Of a stretch of DNA of 32,000 nt, positions 30,140-32,000 are shown piece after piece; positions within the stretch are counted from its first letter, which is position 1; every line of letters begins with the position of its first letter. The stretch comes from Candidatus Saccharimonadota bacterium (lineage in GTDB: Bacteria > Pseudomonadota > Gammaproteobacteria > Enterobacterales > Enterobacteriaceae), in assembly GCA_049942775.1 (NCBI GenBank), contig CP188087.1, positions 450,001-482,000 of the forward strand, given 5' to 3'. A program made the translations under genes and the position numbers. A model generated the notes under the pieces. That model was not told the origin of the DNA and searched no databases. It saw nothing but the letters and a program-made list of their open reading frames with translations.

Positions 30140-30603
30140 ATATTTGATTATCTAATCCGCGAATGATATCTAGACTAATAAAAATTATTTTTTTTAAACC
30201 AGAAAAAAATAAAACCTACAAAAATATTAAATCAATATCTATTAATTTAATTCTTTTATAAAAAACATTTTTTCTTTTAAAAAAAATTTTAAAAGAAATT
30301 AAATAAAAAAATTAAATATTTATAAATTTAAAAAAACAATCAATTTATTGTAATATTAACACATTCTTAAAATAGATCTAAAAAAAAAGCATTTTTTTTT
30401 AAATTTATTCATTAATCTATTTCTGAATAAAAAATATATATTTTTGTTGAAATATTTTTTATTATTTAAGTATAATACCCTATTAAAAAAAAAAAAATAA
30501 AACTAAAACGAAATTTTTTTCTTAGTTATAATAATTTATTTCTTTTTAAACTAACTAAATTCTAATCTTAATTAATTTAATAATTTTCATATTATTTTAA
30601 AAA

Positions 30604-30694
30604 GGTGAGGTGTCCGAGAGGATTAAGGAGCACGCCTGGAAAGCGTGTATACGAAAATAAATTCGTATCAAGGGTTCGAATCCCTTTCTCACCG
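30604..30694 (+). tRNA. tRNA-Ser (anticodon GGA), long variable arm, no encoded CCA
   Basis: GGTGAGGTGTCCGAGAGGATTAAGGAGCACGCCTGGAAAGCGTGTATACGAAAATAAATTCGTATCAAGGGTTCGAATCCCTTTCTCACCG. Acceptor GGTGAGG/TCTCACC (one G-U pair), anticodon stem CACGC/GCGTG with loop CTGGAAA, variable arm ATACGAA-AATAAA-TTCGTAT (7-bp stem), T arm AAGGG-TTCGAAT-CCCTT. The 3' flank is AAA. Confidence 0.93.
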
Positions 30695-30715
30695 AAATAG
30701 ATATCAACGTTCTAA

Positions 30716-31453
30716 TTAGAAATTCAAATGATTATATTTATCATTTAATAAAATTGAATCTAAAGCTAATAAAATTATTTTATCAAAGCTTACAATTCTC
30801 TTTAAAGTAGAAATTTTTTTTTTTTTTAAAATATGATCTGAAACTAATAGAATAGAAACAGATTTAATACCTAACAATGAAGACAAACCATATAATCCAG
30901 CTGTTTCCATTTCTATTCCTAAAATGTTTCTTTTTTTCATTAAATCTATTCGTTGCTGATCTTTATAAAAATAAAATAAATCAGTACTAAATATATTCCC
31001 TAAAAACAACTTTAAGTTCATTTTTTTTGCAGATCTAACTAAATTTAATACCAAATTAAAGTCTGCTATTGCTGAAAAATCATAATTCTCAAACAACAAT
31101 CTATTAACATTAGAATCTGTGCAAGCTCCTAATCCAATTATTGGATCGAATAAATCTATATCGTTTCTCAGTGCACCGCAAGTTCCTAATCTAATAATTT
31201 TATTAACTTTATAAATATCTACTAATTCCTGAACATAAATCAAACAAGAAGGCAATCCTATTCCGTGTCCTACCACTGATATTTTTTTTTTTTTATAAAT
31301 ACCAGTATATACTAACATAGATCTTACACTGCTTACTAAAACTGAATTTTCTAGGTACCTTTCTGCAATATATTTTACTCTAATTGGATCACCCGACATC
31401 AATACTACATTTGATATACTATCTTTTTTTGCAATTATGTGAGGAGTATTCAT
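30716..31453 (-). CDS. deoD: Purine nucleoside phosphorylase DeoD-type
   Basis: 245 aa. TPHI.A......VVLMSGDP.R.KYIAE..LE......VR.ML.YTG.YK.KKISV.GHG.G.PSC.IY..EL......KIIR.G.CGA...GACTDS.VNR..F...DF.AIADF...GIEME.AGLYG..........VSDHI aligns with E. coli DeoD. Contains in-frame T14 (30814-30827) and T13 (31282-31294) runs. Confidence 0.94.
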   Translation of the reverse strand: MNTPHIIAKKDSISNVVLMSGDPIRVKYIAERYLENSVLVSSVRSMLVYTGIYKKKKISVVGHGIGLPSCLIYVQELVDIYKVNKIIRLGTCGALRNDIDLFDPIIGLGACTDSNVNRLLFENYDFSAIADFNLVLNLVRSAKKMNLKLFLGNIFSTDLFYFYKDQQRIDLMKKRNILGIEMETAGLYGLSSLLGIKSVSILLVSDHILKKKKISTLKRIVSFDKIILLALDSILLNDKYNHLNF

Positions 31454-31510
31454 TTATAATTTTCCAAAATAATAAATAATTTGTATTTTAAAAATTTAAT
31501 TTTAAAAATT

Positions 31511-32000
31511 TTATAATATACTAGTACCATAATCCATTTTAGATATTCCAAAATATTTTGCTATGGTCTGAGAAATATCTGAAAACGTTTTTCTATGCCC
31601 TAAAAATTTATTTCCTATGTTTTGCTTGTAAAATAATATAGGAACATATTCTCGAGTATGATCCGTCCCTTTCCAAGTTGGATCACAACCATGATCTGCT
31701 GTTATTATCAATAAATCATCTTTTTCCAAAATATTTAATATACGTGGTAAATTGTAATCAAAATATTCCAAACCTTTAGCATAACCAGAAACATCTCTTC
31801 TATGTCCCCACAAAGAATCAAAATCTATAAAATTAGCAATAACAATTGAATTATTTTTGCAAGATTTTATAAATCTAATAGTTTCTTTAAAAGATTCTGA
31901 TAAATTGTTAGTAGTCGTTGAATTAGTGATACCTATTCCAGAAAAAATATCTGAGATCTTCCCAATTGCATAAACAGAACCTCCTTTTTCAAGAACTAAT
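31511..32000 (-). CDS. deoB: Phosphopentomutase, C-terminal portion (5' end lies beyond the window)
   Basis: The track ORF (31511..31813) begins at an internal TTG. I translated the same frame manually and it stays open to the window edge (...LVLEKGGSVYAIGKISDIFSGIGIT...SIVIANFIDFDSLWGHRRDVSGYAKGLE...ITADHGCDPTWKGTDHTREYVPIL...). This matches the C-terminal part of DeoB (FVDFDS.WGHRRD, TADHGCDPT..GTDHTRE). Confidence 0.92.
   Translation of the reverse strand, partial: LVLEKGGSVYAIGKISDIFSGIGITNSTTTNNLSESFKETIRFIKSCKNNSIVIANFIDFDSLWGHRRDVSGYAKGLEYFDYNLPRILNILEKDDLLIITADHGCDPTWKGTDHTREYVPILFYKQNIGNKFLGHRKTFSDISQTIAKYFGISKMDYGTSIL

Noticed and set aside
30379-30401. The A9-GCA-T9 palindrome as a terminator or sRNA hairpin.
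   Set aside because: The stem is pure A-U, of low stability, and can be generated simply by adjacent homopolymer runs. It is kept only as a descriptive note within the spacer finding.
30447-30476. TTGAAA-18 nt-TATAAT as the tRNA-Ser promoter.
   Set aside because: Not reported as a feature. It is about 128 nt from the tRNA 5' end, has a suboptimal 18-nt spacer, and comparable hexamer pairs are expected by chance in this nearly pure A/T spacer. It is mentioned only within the spacer finding.
31511-31813. A 100-aa stand-alone ORF at the window end.
   Set aside because: It is not an independent gene. The frame remains open upstream to the window edge and the whole segment matches the C-terminal part of phosphopentomutase (deoB). 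The track start is an internal TTG.

Overview
The window is very AT-rich, gene-dense and almost entirely on the minus strand. It reads as the core housekeeping region of a reduced-genome gammaproteobacterial endosymbiont. The aroE - tRNA-Glu - 23S arrangement, retained tsgA and lysine-run-rich proteins point to Buchnera aphidicola or a very close relative, but I cannot run a search to confirm this. From the high-coordinate end, the minus strand carries: deoB (partial), deoD, [tRNA-Ser on the plus strand], aroK, aroB, rpe, trpS, [tsgA on the plus strand], argD, tusD-tusC-tusB, the str operon (rpsL-rpsG-fusA-tuf), the complete S10, spc and alpha ribosomal-protein operons (rpsJ through rplQ, including secY, rpoA and a 38-aa rpmJ that is missing from the ORF track), [def-fmt on the plus strand], tsaC, aroE, tRNA-Glu and the 5' 250 nt of 23S rRNA. 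Every track ORF either matches a well-known housekeeping protein over its full length or is an antisense shadow of one. I found no unassigned ORF, mobile element, CRISPR array, pseudogene or frameshift, and no evidence of a previously undescribed multi-gene system. I consider this an ordinary, highly conserved region. The items worth a second look are all non-coding or architectural: (1) a near-consensus sigma70 promoter with an A-tract driving the 16S-less tRNA-Glu-23S operon; (2) two perfect 14-15 bp GC-containing hairpins at operon ends (fmt/rplQ and downstream of tuf); (3) a 420-bp tuf-rpsJ spacer with an A18 tract and a possible remnant of the S10 attenuator; (4) a 464-bp noncoding stretch at the only break in collinearity with E. 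coli; (5) many in-frame A/T homopolymers of 10-15 nt inside essential genes; (6) gene overlaps and non-ATG starts. Protein identities come from my recall of E. coli orthologue sequences. No alignments, GC values or folding energies were computed.
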